Source: an uncultured Bacilli bacterium
Lineage (GTDB): Bacteria > Bacillota_I > Bacilli_A > RF39 > UBA660
Direction: 5' to 3'
Length of the DNA stretch: 64,000 nucleotides
Assembly: GCA_934153675.1 (NCBI GenBank)
Contig: CAKPFG010000001.1
Location: 75,426 to 139,425, forward strand
Shown here: positions 39,361 through 49,725 of the stretch, piece after piece
Numbering within the stretch: position 1 is the stretch's first letter
How the letters are laid out: each line of letters opens with the position of its first letter
Made by a program: the position numbers and the translations under genes
Notes under the pieces: model-generated
The model's database searches: none
Told to the model about the DNA's origin: nothing
Seen by the model: the letters and a program-made list of their open reading frames with translations, nothing else

Positions 39361-41400
39361 ATGAAAAAAGTTATTTTGATTGTTGCTTTAGTTATTAGTA
39401 TATTTAGTTTTAACTCTTTAGTTAAGGCTGATTATAAGGCTACGGTATTAATTACAGATGGTTCAAAATGTGAACTAAAGTCATCATCAACAGGGAAGTG
39501 TTTTTATTCTAATACAAATTTTAATTCATATGTATCTGGAGTAGTTTGGTTAGATACAGGTGATGTAGTAACAGTAATTGAAGGCAAGACTTATAATTCA
39601 CCTAATAAATCGCGTTGTGATTCACATTACGTAAAAGCTAAGTATTCATTTCAATCCAATCCCAATAAAGTTTATACAGGATATTTTTGTAATAGCAATC
39701 TAGTTCGCGAGGGGGCCTCCTCTAATTATGCTACAGAACTAAGAAATATGGGTTTTCCAGAGAGTTATGTTTCTAAGTTATCGATATTAAAGCAAGCTCA
39801 TCCTAATTGGACTTTTAAACCTCTGCAAACAGGTCTTACCTTTTCAGAGGCTGTAAATGGTGAAGATTCTTTAGGAAGAAGTTTATTACAGGTGACATCT
39901 TCTGTTAATGATTATGGTTATTTAAGTACATTACCTGGTTCATATAATTATTATAAAGATTCTTTTACAGCTTTCGATGGCTCTAATTGGTATGCTGCTA
40001 ATAGAAATACTATTGCTTATTATATGGATCCTAGAAATTTTTTAGTAGATATGTATATTTTTCAATATGAAGCTTTGGCATATGAGTCTAAATTACAAAC
40101 ATTGCCTGTTGTAAGGAAGTTATTAGATAAAGATTATTTAAATAAATTTTCCTCTAGCTTTATAACTGCCGCTTCCGAATCTAATGTTAGTCCTGTTTAT
40201 CTTGCTTCTTTAGCAAAGCAAGAAGTAGGTGGATATTCTTATGCCACAACTGCTGTTAGTGGAAATTCATTTAGGTATAACGGAAAAAGTTATTCTGGAA
40301 TCTATAATCCATATAATATAGGGGCAACAAGTGGCAGTAATCCTGTTTATAAGGGTTTATATTGGGCAAGTGGTTCATCTGGAACTGATTATAATAGGCC
40401 TTGGAATACAATGGATAAAGCTATTCGTGGTGGTGCAAAATGGATTGGTGAAAAATATATAAATATTGGGCAAAATACTATTTATTTTAAAAAATGGGAT
40501 GTTGTTGGCAATATTAATTTCAATAGTGGTGCTAATTATAATCATCAGTATCAAACTAATATTCAAGCCCCAATGCAAGAGGGAAATTCTGTTTATAAAT
40601 CATATAATAAATCAGGTATATTAAATTCATCTTTTGTTTTTTATATTCCCATTTACAAAGATATGCCAAAAAATACATCACTTCCAGTTACGGGGAGCCC
40701 TAATAATTATTTAAAATCTCTTTCTATAAACGGAAATCCAATTACATCTTTTGACGGTGGTGTTACTAATTATAATTATTATGTAAAAAATGATACTTCA
40801 AATATAACTATTACAGCAACTTCAGTTTCTTCATTAGCATCTATAAGTGGAAGTGGGTATGTTAGTTTAAATAGTAATACTACAACAAGAAAAATAACAG
40901 TAACTGCTAAAAATGGGGATAAGAGAGTTTATATAATTAATATCATAAAGGAAAAAAATGATACCACTAATAATAATAGTATTGAATCTTTGTTAAATAG
41001 TTCTGGAATTAAGCATAATGAAGATTATTTAATGGGATTTAATATAGGCGATGATATTAAAAACTTTGCAAGTAAAATAAATAATTTAAATGGTAGTATA
41101 ACAGTTAAAGATAATAATAAAAATGTTACATCTATTTCTATTAAAACTGGTCTTGATATATCTATTTCTGTAAATGGTAGTTCAAAAAATTTCAAAACAG
41201 TATTGTATGGTGATGTAAATGGTGATGGAAAAATTACCTCAGCAGATTATATCTATGTTAAAAACATAATTATGAAAAGAGCAAATATAAAAGGAGCCTA
41301 TTTAAAAGCAGCTGATGCTGATAAAAATGGTAGTGTAGGCTCATCTGATTACATTAAAATAAAGAATTATATAATGAAAAGGGGAGGAATTGAACAGTGA
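39361..41400 (+). CDS. Secreted multidomain protein with a glucosaminidase (GH73-like) region, cadherin-like beta-sandwich and C-terminal type-I dockerin
   Basis: Signal peptide. ...YLASLAKQEVGGYSY... glucosaminidase-like segment. YLKSLSINGNPITSFDGGVTNYNYYV cadherin-like beta-sandwich. C-terminal duplicated Ca-binding segments DVNGDGKITSADYIYVKNIIM / DADKNGSVGSSDYIKIKNYIM (dockerin). Confidence 0.65.
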   Translation: MKKVILIVALVISIFSFNSLVKADYKATVLITDGSKCELKSSSTGKCFYSNTNFNSYVSGVVWLDTGDVVTVIEGKTYNSPNKSRCDSHYVKAKYSFQSNPNKVYTGYFCNSNLVREGASSNYATELRNMGFPESYVSKLSILKQAHPNWTFKPLQTGLTFSEAVNGEDSLGRSLLQVTSSVNDYGYLSTLPGSYNYYKDSFTAFDGSNWYAANRNTIAYYMDPRNFLVDMYIFQYEALAYESKLQTLPVVRKLLDKDYLNKFSSSFITAASESNVSPVYLASLAKQEVGGYSYATTAVSGNSFRYNGKSYSGIYNPYNIGATSGSNPVYKGLYWASGSSGTDYNRPWNTMDKAIRGGAKWIGEKYINIGQNTIYFKKWDVVGNINFNSGANYNHQYQTNIQAPMQEGNSVYKSYNKSGILNSSFVFYIPIYKDMPKNTSLPVTGSPNNYLKSLSINGNPITSFDGGVTNYNYYVKNDTSNITITATSVSSLASISGSGYVSLNSNTTTRKITVTAKNGDKRVYIINIIKEKNDTTNNNSIESLLNSSGIKHNEDYLMGFNIGDDIKNFASKINNLNGSITVKDNNKNVTSISIKTGLDISISVNGSSKNFKTVLYGDVNGDGKITSADYIYVKNIIMKRANIKGAYLKAADADKNGSVGSSDYIKIKNYIMKRGGIEQ

Positions 41401-42674
41401 AAATAAAAAATAAATTATCTTTTGTTTTAGTATTTTTGTTAAGTTTATTTTTTCAAAATTTGATAATACATGCAGGAAGCTTTAGTGCTTATACTAATAA
41501 AACAACTGTTACTGTTGGAAATACTGTTAAATTAACGCTTAATGTTTCTGATCAAGCTGGAAGATTTTTAATTTCATCTTCCAATAATAGTATTTTATCT
41601 GGTGGAATTGATGAATTTTATGATAATTCTACTAATACTATTTACTTTACTGCCAAAAAAGTTGGTGAGGCAATTATTACAATTAAAGCAGTAGATGTTA
41701 CTAACTATGATGGCACCTCAGCGAATGGTGTGAAAAGTATTAAGATTAAGGTTGTTAGCCCTAATAGTAATAAAAATAGTAATAATAAAAATAGCAATAA
41801 TAAAAATAACGCTATAGATATAAATAAAAAATATAGTGATGATAATTATTTAAAAAGTCTTAAAATAGAAAATTATGACATTGCTTTTGAACGTGAAAAA
41901 CAAAATTATGAATTGGAAGTTGATGAGGATGTTGCATCGATAAATTTAACGGCAACGCCATCATCATCAAGCGCTAATGTACAAGGTACAGGCAATATAA
42001 AATTAACTGATGGAATTAATAATATAAAAATTACTGTAGTTGCAGAAAATGGCAACGAGAGAGTTTATCAAATTAACGTTACAGTTAAAGATTTAAATCC
42101 AATTAAAGTTTATATTAATAAAAAAATGTATACAGTAGTAAAAAAAGTTGATCAATTAACTTTTCCTGATAATTTTTCACAAGTAGAAGCTACTATAGAT
42201 AATAAAAAAGTACCTGCTTTGTATAATGATATAACCGGATATATTTTAGTTGGTCTTAAAGATGATCTTGGTAATGTTAAATTATATGTTTATGATTCAA
42301 AAAAGAATACATATTCCATTTATAATGAATTTTCTTTTAATAGTGTAAAATTATTTTATACTAAGCCAAAAAATGTTCCAAGAGGTTTTAAAAAAATAAA
42401 AATAAATTTAAATGGGGAAAATATTCAAGCTTATACAACTGATAAAAAAAGTGATTTTTATTTGGTTTATGGTATGAATGTTAATACTGGAGAAATTGGT
42501 TTTTATAGATATGACAAGAAAGAAAATACTTTGCAACGTTATGAAACAAAGGATTTAGAAAATTTATCTTTTATAAATAATAAATATTTAATCACCATTG
42601 CATTTCTTAGCACTTCAGTTTTGATGCTTATGTTATTTATGTTGATTATGATTAATAATATAAAGAAAAAATAA
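41397..42674 (+). CDS. Cell-surface protein with Ig-like N-domain, cadherin-like beta-sandwich and C-terminal TM anchor
   Basis: GTG start overlapping the upstream stop (RBS ggggagg). Signal peptide. YLKSLKIENYDIAFEREKQNYELEVDEDVASINLTATP cadherin-like beta-sandwich. NSNNKNSNNKNSNNKNN linker. C-terminal hydrophobic helix plus KKK. Confidence 0.6.
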   Translation: MKIKNKLSFVLVFLLSLFFQNLIIHAGSFSAYTNKTTVTVGNTVKLTLNVSDQAGRFLISSSNNSILSGGIDEFYDNSTNTIYFTAKKVGEAIITIKAVDVTNYDGTSANGVKSIKIKVVSPNSNKNSNNKNSNNKNNAIDINKKYSDDNYLKSLKIENYDIAFEREKQNYELEVDEDVASINLTATPSSSSANVQGTGNIKLTDGINNIKITVVAENGNERVYQINVTVKDLNPIKVYINKKMYTVVKKVDQLTFPDNFSQVEATIDNKKVPALYNDITGYILVGLKDDLGNVKLYVYDSKKNTYSIYNEFSFNSVKLFYTKPKNVPRGFKKIKINLNGENIQAYTTDKKSDFYLVYGMNVNTGEIGFYRYDKKENTLQRYETKDLENLSFINNKYLITIAFLSTSVLMLMLFMLIMINNIKKK

Positions 42675-42736
42675 AAAATGATTGTCTGAATAATGATATG
42701 AATAAGGTACAGTAAAAAAATTTGCAAATAATAGAT

Positions 42737-42770
42737 AAAATACACTTTCGAAATGAGGTGTATTTTATTA
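42737..42770 (+). terminator. Intrinsic terminator after the surface-protein operon
   Basis: aaaatacac-tttcgaaatgag-gtgtatttt hairpin followed by a T-rich run. Confidence 0.5.
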
Positions 42771-43051
42771 TGATTTAAAAAGAGAAAAAGTTTAAGAAAT
42801 ATACTTTGGCACAAAAAAATACTAGCTAAATATATTAAAAAGGCCAAAAAATAATAAGGAAAGAATTGAAGATAATGTTAAACCAAATTTATTAAATAGA
42901 AATATTTACTACTGATGCATCAAATAAGGTATGGAGAACCAGATTCTAACATTGTTGAATATGCAGAAGATGTTCTATATTTAGTTAATTTTTTACTAGA
43001 TAGCAAATAAAGGTAAGCTTTATTTTTATCAATATTACAATTACATAATAA

Positions 43052-43100
43052 AAATCAAGGGGATTAGATGAACTAAACTTCATTTCGCCCTTGATTTTTT
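43052..43100. terminator. Bidirectional intrinsic terminator (serves minus-strand gene 43171..43833)
   Basis: atcaagggg ... cgcccttgat stem enclosing a small inner hairpin, flanked by A-run upstream and T-run downstream. Confidence 0.5.
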
Positions 43101-43170
43101 TTATAAGATGTTTCTTATTTTATGTTCACATTAATAAATGGATAATATATTTTTCATTATAACTATTATT

Positions 43171-43833
43171 TTATAATTCGATGATTCCTATAACTAATAT
43201 TAAATTAAAAAAAATATAACAAATAAATATAAAATAATTTAAAATAGTAAATATTTTTGATAATGTTTTGTTTGTGATAATAGAAATACAGAAAAATATT
43301 ATCATTGCAAGTATTATAATTCCACCAATTAATAAATAAACTTGATTATTTTGAATATTAGTAAACAAAATAGAGTATATATAGTAAACTAAACTGATAA
43401 TAATTAAAATATCATTAACAATAATTCCACCTACACCTAAAATTTTATTATTATTTATATTATTGTTGGTATTATTTATCATAGATAATTTTATTTCATT
43501 TGTCATGTCCATTAATCTTTGTGTTTTAGATAATTCATTATTATTTATCTCATCTATATTTTTATTAATTGTTTTTTCATCTTTTTGTTCTAATTTAAAA
43601 ACCTCTTTAGCATTTTTTTTCTCATTTTTTTTTCTTTTTCTTTCTTCTTTCATTAACTTTTTTTTATCATCTTCATTCATTAGAATTTCTTTCAATTCTC
43701 GTGTTTTTTCTTCTTCTTTTAATCTTTTATGTTCTAATTTTTCACTTCTAGACATTAAATCAGTAAATGAGGCTGTTTTATCCATATCATTATCCTTAAT
43801 GTCTGAAAGATCTACATAATGATTTTTCATCAC
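43171..43833 (-). CDS. Hypothetical protein: K/E-rich coiled-coil N-terminus plus three C-terminal TM helices
   Basis: Charged repeats (EEKTRELKEILMNEDDKKKLMKEERKRKKNEKKNAKE), then hydrophobic helices. Confidence 0.45.
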   Translation of the reverse strand: MMKNHYVDLSDIKDNDMDKTASFTDLMSRSEKLEHKRLKEEEKTRELKEILMNEDDKKKLMKEERKRKKNEKKNAKEVFKLEQKDEKTINKNIDEINNNELSKTQRLMDMTNEIKLSMINNTNNNINNNKILGVGGIIVNDILIIISLVYYIYSILFTNIQNNQVYLLIGGIIILAMIIFFCISIITNKTLSKIFTILNYFIFICYIFFNLILVIGIIEL

Positions 43834-44079
43834 ACCACCATCCTATATAAATTATAATATATTTTTAAAAAAAAGAAAAGAAAAAGGGTAAAATTTAGTG
43901 TGAAAATTATATTTAATTATTTATAAATATTTGTTTAATTTCATTATTTTTTTATAATTTAAATAATATTTAAAATTATTCTATTATTAAATTTAATTTT
44001 TATATTTTCTTTTTTATCTATTTTTTTAAAATTATTGTCAAAATAAAATATTTTATGTTATAATTATGTCGGTGGTAAA

Positions 44080-45126
44080 ATGAGTAATATAGAGTTATAT
44101 GAGATATTATTAATGGTTTTTATTCCAATGGCTTTTGTTGGAATATCTATTCCATTTATAAAAAAAATTGCTTTTCATATTAATGCAATAGATATACCAA
44201 ATGAAAGAAAAATTCATAAAAAACCAATGCCAAGGCTTGGTGGACTTGGAATATTTTTTGGTTTTTTGCTTGGATATATGATTTTTGGGAATCATACGTA
44301 TTTAATGAATTCAATTTTGATAGGAAGTTTTGTGCTTCTTATAACAGGGATAATTGATGATATAAATCCATTAAAAGCTAAGGAAAAATTAATTGGTCAA
44401 ATAATTGCTAGTGTTATTGTTGTTGTATATGGGAAAATTGTTTTACAGGATGTTAGTTTCTTTGGAATATACATTAATTTTGGACCTTTAGCTTATCCTA
44501 TTACAGTTTTGTTTATATTAGGGTGTATTAACTGTATGAATTTAATTGATGGGTTAGATGGCCTTGCTGGTGGTATTTCAGCCATATTTTTCTTAACTAT
44601 AGGTATTATTGCCATATTTAAAGGGCAATTTGCTTTAGCAACGACACTTACATTAATAATGTTTGGTTCAACAGTTGGTTTTTTGTTTCATAATTTTAAT
44701 CCTGCCAAAATATTTATGGGTGATTCTGGATCGATGTTTTTAGGGCTTATGATTTCAATAATTACAATTTTGGGATTTAAGAGTGTTATGATGACAAGTA
44801 TTATAATTCCTCTATTTATTTTGGTTGTTCCTATATTAGATACAACTTTTGCTATTATTAGAAGAAAATTGAAGGGTGAGAGTGTTATGACTCCTGATAA
44901 GTGTCATCTTCATCATCAATTATTAAAAAGAAATTTTTCGCAAAGAACAACGGTGTTAATAATATATTTAATTACTATTTTATTTTCTATTGCTTCAATT
45001 ATTTGGATTTTAGTTGATAAGACAATTGGGTATATTATATATGGAATTTTGATGTTTATTTTTATATTTATGGTTTTTAAAACGGATATATTATTTGATA
45101 GAAAAGAGAGGAATGAAAATAAATGA
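44080..45126 (+). CDS. Undecaprenyl-phosphate N-acetylhexosamine-1-phosphate transferase (MraY/WecA/TagO family, GT4 of polyprenyl-P transferases)
   Basis: 10-11 TMs; NLIDGLDGLAGG and FMGDSGSMFLG family motifs; RBS ggtgg. Confidence 0.85.
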   Translation: MSNIELYEILLMVFIPMAFVGISIPFIKKIAFHINAIDIPNERKIHKKPMPRLGGLGIFFGFLLGYMIFGNHTYLMNSILIGSFVLLITGIIDDINPLKAKEKLIGQIIASVIVVVYGKIVLQDVSFFGIYINFGPLAYPITVLFILGCINCMNLIDGLDGLAGGISAIFFLTIGIIAIFKGQFALATTLTLIMFGSTVGFLFHNFNPAKIFMGDSGSMFLGLMISIITILGFKSVMMTSIIIPLFILVVPILDTTFAIIRRKLKGESVMTPDKCHLHHQLLKRNFSQRTTVLIIYLITILFSIASIIWILVDKTIGYIIYGILMFIFIFMVFKTDILFDRKERNENK

Positions 45127-46286
45127 ATTATAATGAATATGATGCTATTGTAGTTGGTACAGGATTTGCTGGTGCAACTATTGCTGAAAGGCTTGCAAAT
45201 GAAAGCAATAAAAAAGTTTTAATAATAGATAAGCGAAATACTATTGCTGGAAATATGTATGATTATATTGATAAAAATGGAATATTAATTCATAAATACG
45301 GTCCACATTTGTTTCATACTAATTTAGATAATGTTTATGAATACATCAATAAATTTGGTGATTGGTTTCCTTATGAACATAGAGTATTAGGAAAAGTGGA
45401 TGGTAAGTTAGTTCCTATTCCATTTAATTTAAAATCTATAGAACTTTGTTTTGATGAAAAAAAATGTGCAAATTTAAAAAAAATTTTATTAAAAGAATAT
45501 GGAATGGAGAAAAAAGTTCCTATATTGGAGCTTAGAAAGAGTAACAATAAAGACATAAATGATTTAGCTGAATTTATTTATGAAAATGTATTTTTATATT
45601 ACACGATGAAGCAATGGGGTCAAAAACCAGAAGAAGTTGATCCTGCAGTTTCTGGAAGAGTTCCTGTTTACATTTCTCAAGACGATAGATATTTTCAGGA
45701 TAAATATCAGGTAATGCCTGTTGATGGTTATACTAAAATCTTTGAAAAAATGCTTGATAATAAAAATATAGATTTAAAATTGTCTACAAATTGTTTAGAT
45801 TTAGTTTCTATGAAAAATGGGAAAATATTTATTGACGGATGTGAATTTAATGGCAAATTTATTTATACAGGGGCAATTGATGAGCTATTTAACTATAAGT
45901 TTGGAGAACTTCCTTATAGATCTTTGAATTTTGAATTTGAGACCAAGAATATGGAATATTATCAACCTGTAGGAACTGTTAATTATCCAACTAAGGAGGA
46001 TAAATTTACTAGAATAACTGAATATAAGCATATGACTAGTGTTTGTTGTAAAAGCAAAAAGACTACAATTATGAAAGAATATCCTTGTCAATATGAATTA
46101 AACAAAAAAATGACGCCTTATTATCCTATTAACAATGAACAATCTGCAGCTTTATATAATGAATATTTAAACGAAGCTTCTAAATATTCTAATTTATATT
46201 TGCTTGGTAGATTAGCACAGTATAAATATTATAATATGGATTTAATTATTAATGAGGCTTTAAAATTGTTTGAAAAAATAAAATAG
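45123..46286 (+). CDS. glf: UDP-galactopyranose mutase
   Basis: FAD-binding IVVGTGFAGATIAERLA; YGPHLFHT and C-terminal GRLAQYKYYNMD motifs; ATGA overlap with the upstream gene. Confidence 0.9.
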   Translation: MNYNEYDAIVVGTGFAGATIAERLANESNKKVLIIDKRNTIAGNMYDYIDKNGILIHKYGPHLFHTNLDNVYEYINKFGDWFPYEHRVLGKVDGKLVPIPFNLKSIELCFDEKKCANLKKILLKEYGMEKKVPILELRKSNNKDINDLAEFIYENVFLYYTMKQWGQKPEEVDPAVSGRVPVYISQDDRYFQDKYQVMPVDGYTKIFEKMLDNKNIDLKLSTNCLDLVSMKNGKIFIDGCEFNGKFIYTGAIDELFNYKFGELPYRSLNFEFETKNMEYYQPVGTVNYPTKEDKFTRITEYKHMTSVCCKSKKTTIMKEYPCQYELNKKMTPYYPINNEQSAALYNEYLNEASKYSNLYLLGRLAQYKYYNMDLIINEALKLFEKIK

Positions 46287-46299
46287 AGAGGTGTTTTAA

Positions 46300-47325
46300 A
46301 TGAAAAAGGCTAAAGTTAGCATTATTGTTCCTATATATAATGTAGAAAAATATTTACCTAAATGTTTAGATTCATTAATAAATCAAACGTTTGATGAGAT
46401 AGAAATATGGGCGATTAGTGATGGTTCGCCTGACAATAGTGTAGAAATTATTAAAAAGTATGCTAAAAAGGATAAGAGAGTAAAATGTATTGAAAAAGAA
46501 AACGGTGGTTATGGTTCCGTTTTAGAATATGCAATTAAGAATATAACTACGGAATATTTTCTTATATGTGATCCAGATGATTGGTTAAGAAGTGATGCTG
46601 TAGAAAAATTATATAATGCGGCTGTTGATAATAAATTGGATTTTGTAAGAGGTGCTTTTAATATTGTGTATTCTAATGATTTAGAAGAACAATTTGAAAG
46701 TGGAGCATCGTTTAAAAATGTATTCGATCCTAAGCCAAATGTCGTGTATGAAGATGATGTTGACAAATTTTTACTTATGACAGTTAGTCCACATTCAAAA
46801 TTATATAAAACAAATTTGGCTAAGGGGATTATCTTTCCACATAAAGTTAGTTTTACAGATACCATTTTGTTTAGTTTATATATACCAAAGGTTAAAAGAG
46901 CAATGTATATTGATGAAGCGTTGTCGTATTATCTTATAGATCGTGAAGGAAATTCTGTAACTGATGCTAAACCGAAAATAGCAGATGATCATTATACAGT
47001 ATTTATGTCCATGGCTGAACAGTATGAAAAATATGAGAAAAAAACTCCATATTTTTATTACAGAATGTTCTTACAATATATTTATGCTAATTTTGAAATA
47101 GGAAAAATAAAGGATAAGACAATATATTTAGAAAAAAGAGAATTAATGTATGAACTATTAAAGTATTGTATAAAACATAGAAAAAAAATATATCCATTGC
47201 TTCGTAATGAGCCGTTAAAAAAGAAAATTGATTATAAACTTTTATTAAGTAAGAGATTTTCTAGAAAAATGTTTGAAATGCATTCTAATAACATATGGAA
47301 ACATTTTCATGGTGATAATTTATAA
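46300..47325 (+). CDS. Family 2 glycosyltransferase
   Basis: VSIIVPIYNVEKYLPKCLDSLINQTF ... ISDGSPDNS ... DPDD (DXD) motifs. Confidence 0.8.
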   Translation: MKKAKVSIIVPIYNVEKYLPKCLDSLINQTFDEIEIWAISDGSPDNSVEIIKKYAKKDKRVKCIEKENGGYGSVLEYAIKNITTEYFLICDPDDWLRSDAVEKLYNAAVDNKLDFVRGAFNIVYSNDLEEQFESGASFKNVFDPKPNVVYEDDVDKFLLMTVSPHSKLYKTNLAKGIIFPHKVSFTDTILFSLYIPKVKRAMYIDEALSYYLIDREGNSVTDAKPKIADDHYTVFMSMAEQYEKYEKKTPYFYYRMFLQYIYANFEIGKIKDKTIYLEKRELMYELLKYCIKHRKKIYPLLRNEPLKKKIDYKLLLSKRFSRKMFEMHSNNIWKHFHGDNL

Positions 47326-48779
47326 TGAAAAAAAGTTTAACAAGTAATTATATATATATGACATTTTATCAGTTATTATCGGTAATAGTACCGATAATAA
47401 CTGCACCATATTTAGCGCGTACTTTGGGAGTGTCTGGGGTTGGAATATATTCATATACATATTCTATATTTAACTGGGCCTTATTAATTGCAACTTTAGG
47501 TATTTCTTTATATGCTACAAAAGAAATTGCGAAAGTAGGGAATAATAAACAATTAATTTCAAAAACTTTTTCTGAAATATATTTGATGCAGATACTGTTT
47601 AATTTATTAATAATTATTTTATACTATTTATTAATTTTTACTTTTAATGTAAAATACAAAATAATATATATAATCTATGGTATTATTTTAGTTGGCAATT
47701 TAATAAATGTATCTTGGTTTTATAGTGGCATCGAAGAATTTAAGAAATTATCTATAAGAGGTTGTTTAGTAAAGATACTTTCTGTTTTTTTAATTTTATT
47801 GTTTGTTAGGGGGAAAAATGCTTTAATCATTTATGTTACAATCTTGTCATTAGCTACTTTTATTAGTAATATATATCTTTTGTTTGGATTAACAAAACGA
47901 ACAAAAATTAATTTTAAAGATGTAACTGTAAGTAGCATGTTTGGCCATTTTAAACATAATCTTATCCTTTTTATACCACAGATAGCAATCAGTATATATA
48001 CGTTATTGGATCAACCTATGATAGGATGGCTATCGGGTTCAACAGATGAAGTTGGATTTTATTTAAAAGCAGAACAATTAGTTAAAATGGTGCTTTATAT
48101 AATTACAACATTAGGTACAATAATGATGCCTAGAATAGCAAGTTTATATAAACGTAAAGATATAAGTAAAGTGAAAAAGTATTTAAATAAAGTTATAGAT
48201 ATAGTTTTATATTTATCTATTCCAATGATGTTTGGTTTAGCTGCAGTTTCTTCTTTTTTTATTGAGTGGTTTTTAACACCAGCTTTTTCTCGTGTATCAT
48301 TAATTATGATGGTTATCTCACCAATTATAGTATTTATTTCCCTTTCAAATGTAATAGGTGTACAGTACTTATTACCAACTGATAACACTAAATATTATAT
48401 TAAATCTGTTATTTTAGGGGCATTAGTGAATTTTATTTGTAATCTTATATTAATACCTAATTTGAAAGCTATTGGTGCCGCCATTGGGACAGTAATTGCC
48501 GAATTTTCTGTGTTCTTATATCAATTCATTGTGGTTAGAAAAATGAAAGTATTCGAAAATCATATAAAATATGCTACCACATGTTTTATAAATGGTTTAA
48601 TTATGTTTATTGTTATTTATTTTTTAGGTAATTTATTAGGAGTTGGTGTGTTTACGACTATTATTCAAATTATTGTGGGAATATTGATTTATACAATTTT
48701 ATCTAAAATTTTTAAAATTTCTATTCAAGAGGAGATGTCTAAAATATGTTTACAAAAACTACATATAAAAAGAAAATAA
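47325..48779 (+). CDS. Polysaccharide flippase (Wzx; MOP superfamily polysaccharide biosynthesis protein)
   Basis: 484 aa, ~14 TMs, N-terminus LLSVIVPIITAPYLARTLGVSGVGIYSY typical of Wzx/PST proteins. Confidence 0.8.
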   Translation: MKKSLTSNYIYMTFYQLLSVIVPIITAPYLARTLGVSGVGIYSYTYSIFNWALLIATLGISLYATKEIAKVGNNKQLISKTFSEIYLMQILFNLLIIILYYLLIFTFNVKYKIIYIIYGIILVGNLINVSWFYSGIEEFKKLSIRGCLVKILSVFLILLFVRGKNALIIYVTILSLATFISNIYLLFGLTKRTKINFKDVTVSSMFGHFKHNLILFIPQIAISIYTLLDQPMIGWLSGSTDEVGFYLKAEQLVKMVLYIITTLGTIMMPRIASLYKRKDISKVKKYLNKVIDIVLYLSIPMMFGLAAVSSFFIEWFLTPAFSRVSLIMMVISPIIVFISLSNVIGVQYLLPTDNTKYYIKSVILGALVNFICNLILIPNLKAIGAAIGTVIAEFSVFLYQFIVVRKMKVFENHIKYATTCFINGLIMFIVIYFLGNLLGVGVFTTIIQIIVGILIYTILSKIFKISIQEEMSKICLQKLHIKRK

Positions 48780-49717
48780 GTGTAATAGTGCCGGTATACA
48801 ATGTAGAATTATATTTAGATAAATGTTTAAATTCTATTGTTTCACAGGATTTTGATGATTATGAAATAGTAATTGTTAATGATGGCAGTACAGATAACAG
48901 CCAAAAAATCATAGATAAATATGCCAAACAATATCCTAATTTAGTTAAAAGCTTTGAAAAAGTAAATGGAGGTTTATCGTCTGCTAGAAATTATGGAATT
49001 AAAAATAGTATTGGAAAATATTTAATGTTTGTTGATAGTGATGATTATATAGATCAATCAGCACTAAAAAAAATATATAATTGTGTACTTAAAGATGATT
49101 CAGATATTGTTGTATATAATTATTACAATGTAAAAAACGGTCAATGTTTGAAAAATCCTGGCTATATTTCTAATTGCTTTTCAAATTTTGAAAAATATAT
49201 AGTAAATCAACCATCAGCATGTAATAAATTAATTCGTGCATCTATATTTAAAAACAATAATATTTATTTTCCAGAGGGAAGATATTATGAAGATTTAGGT
49301 ACTATGCCAATACTTTCTATTTATGCTAATAAAATATCATTTTTAGATGATTATTTGTATTATTATATTCAAAGAGAAAATTCTATAATGCATAGAAAAA
49401 AATATAACAAAAAAATGGAAGATATTTTTATCATATTGGATAATATAAGTTATATATATGAAAAGCATAATTTGTATAATAAATATTTTTCAGAGATAGA
49501 GTATTTATATATAAATCATTTACTTAGAGCAGCTAGTATTAGATTTTTAGATTATAAAAAATATGATATGATAGATAAAATAAGAAAAATTATGAAAGAA
49601 AAGTATCCAAAATTTACAAAAAATAATTATTTTAAAATGTATGGTGTTAAACAAAAATTTATGTGTAGGTTATTATATAGTGGACATTATAAATTAGTAG
49701 AGTTGCTCAGAAAATAG
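48746..49717 (+). CDS. Family 2 glycosyltransferase
   Basis: ISVIVPVYNVELYLDKCLNSIVSQDF ... VNDGSTDNS ... FVDSDD; overlaps the flippase 3' end by 34 nt. Confidence 0.8.
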   Translation: MFTKTTYKKKISVIVPVYNVELYLDKCLNSIVSQDFDDYEIVIVNDGSTDNSQKIIDKYAKQYPNLVKSFEKVNGGLSSARNYGIKNSIGKYLMFVDSDDYIDQSALKKIYNCVLKDDSDIVVYNYYNVKNGQCLKNPGYISNCFSNFEKYIVNQPSACNKLIRASIFKNNNIYFPEGRYYEDLGTMPILSIYANKISFLDDYLYYYIQRENSIMHRKKYNKKMEDIFIILDNISYIYEKHNLYNKYFSEIEYLYINHLLRAASIRFLDYKKYDMIDKIRKIMKEKYPKFTKNNYFKMYGVKQKFMCRLLYSGHYKLVELLRK

Positions 49718-49725
49718 GTGATAGT

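Noticed and set aside
41764-41812. Short tandem nucleotide repeat (aataataaaaatagt...)
   Set aside because: It encodes the in-frame linker NSNNKNSNNKNSNNKNN within a surface protein; not a CRISPR array or a noncoding repeat.
42896-43020. 31-aa ORF (MHQIRYGEPDSNIVEYAEDVLYLVNFLLDSK)
   Set aside because: Too short, no RBS; possibly a gene remnant but nothing supports function.
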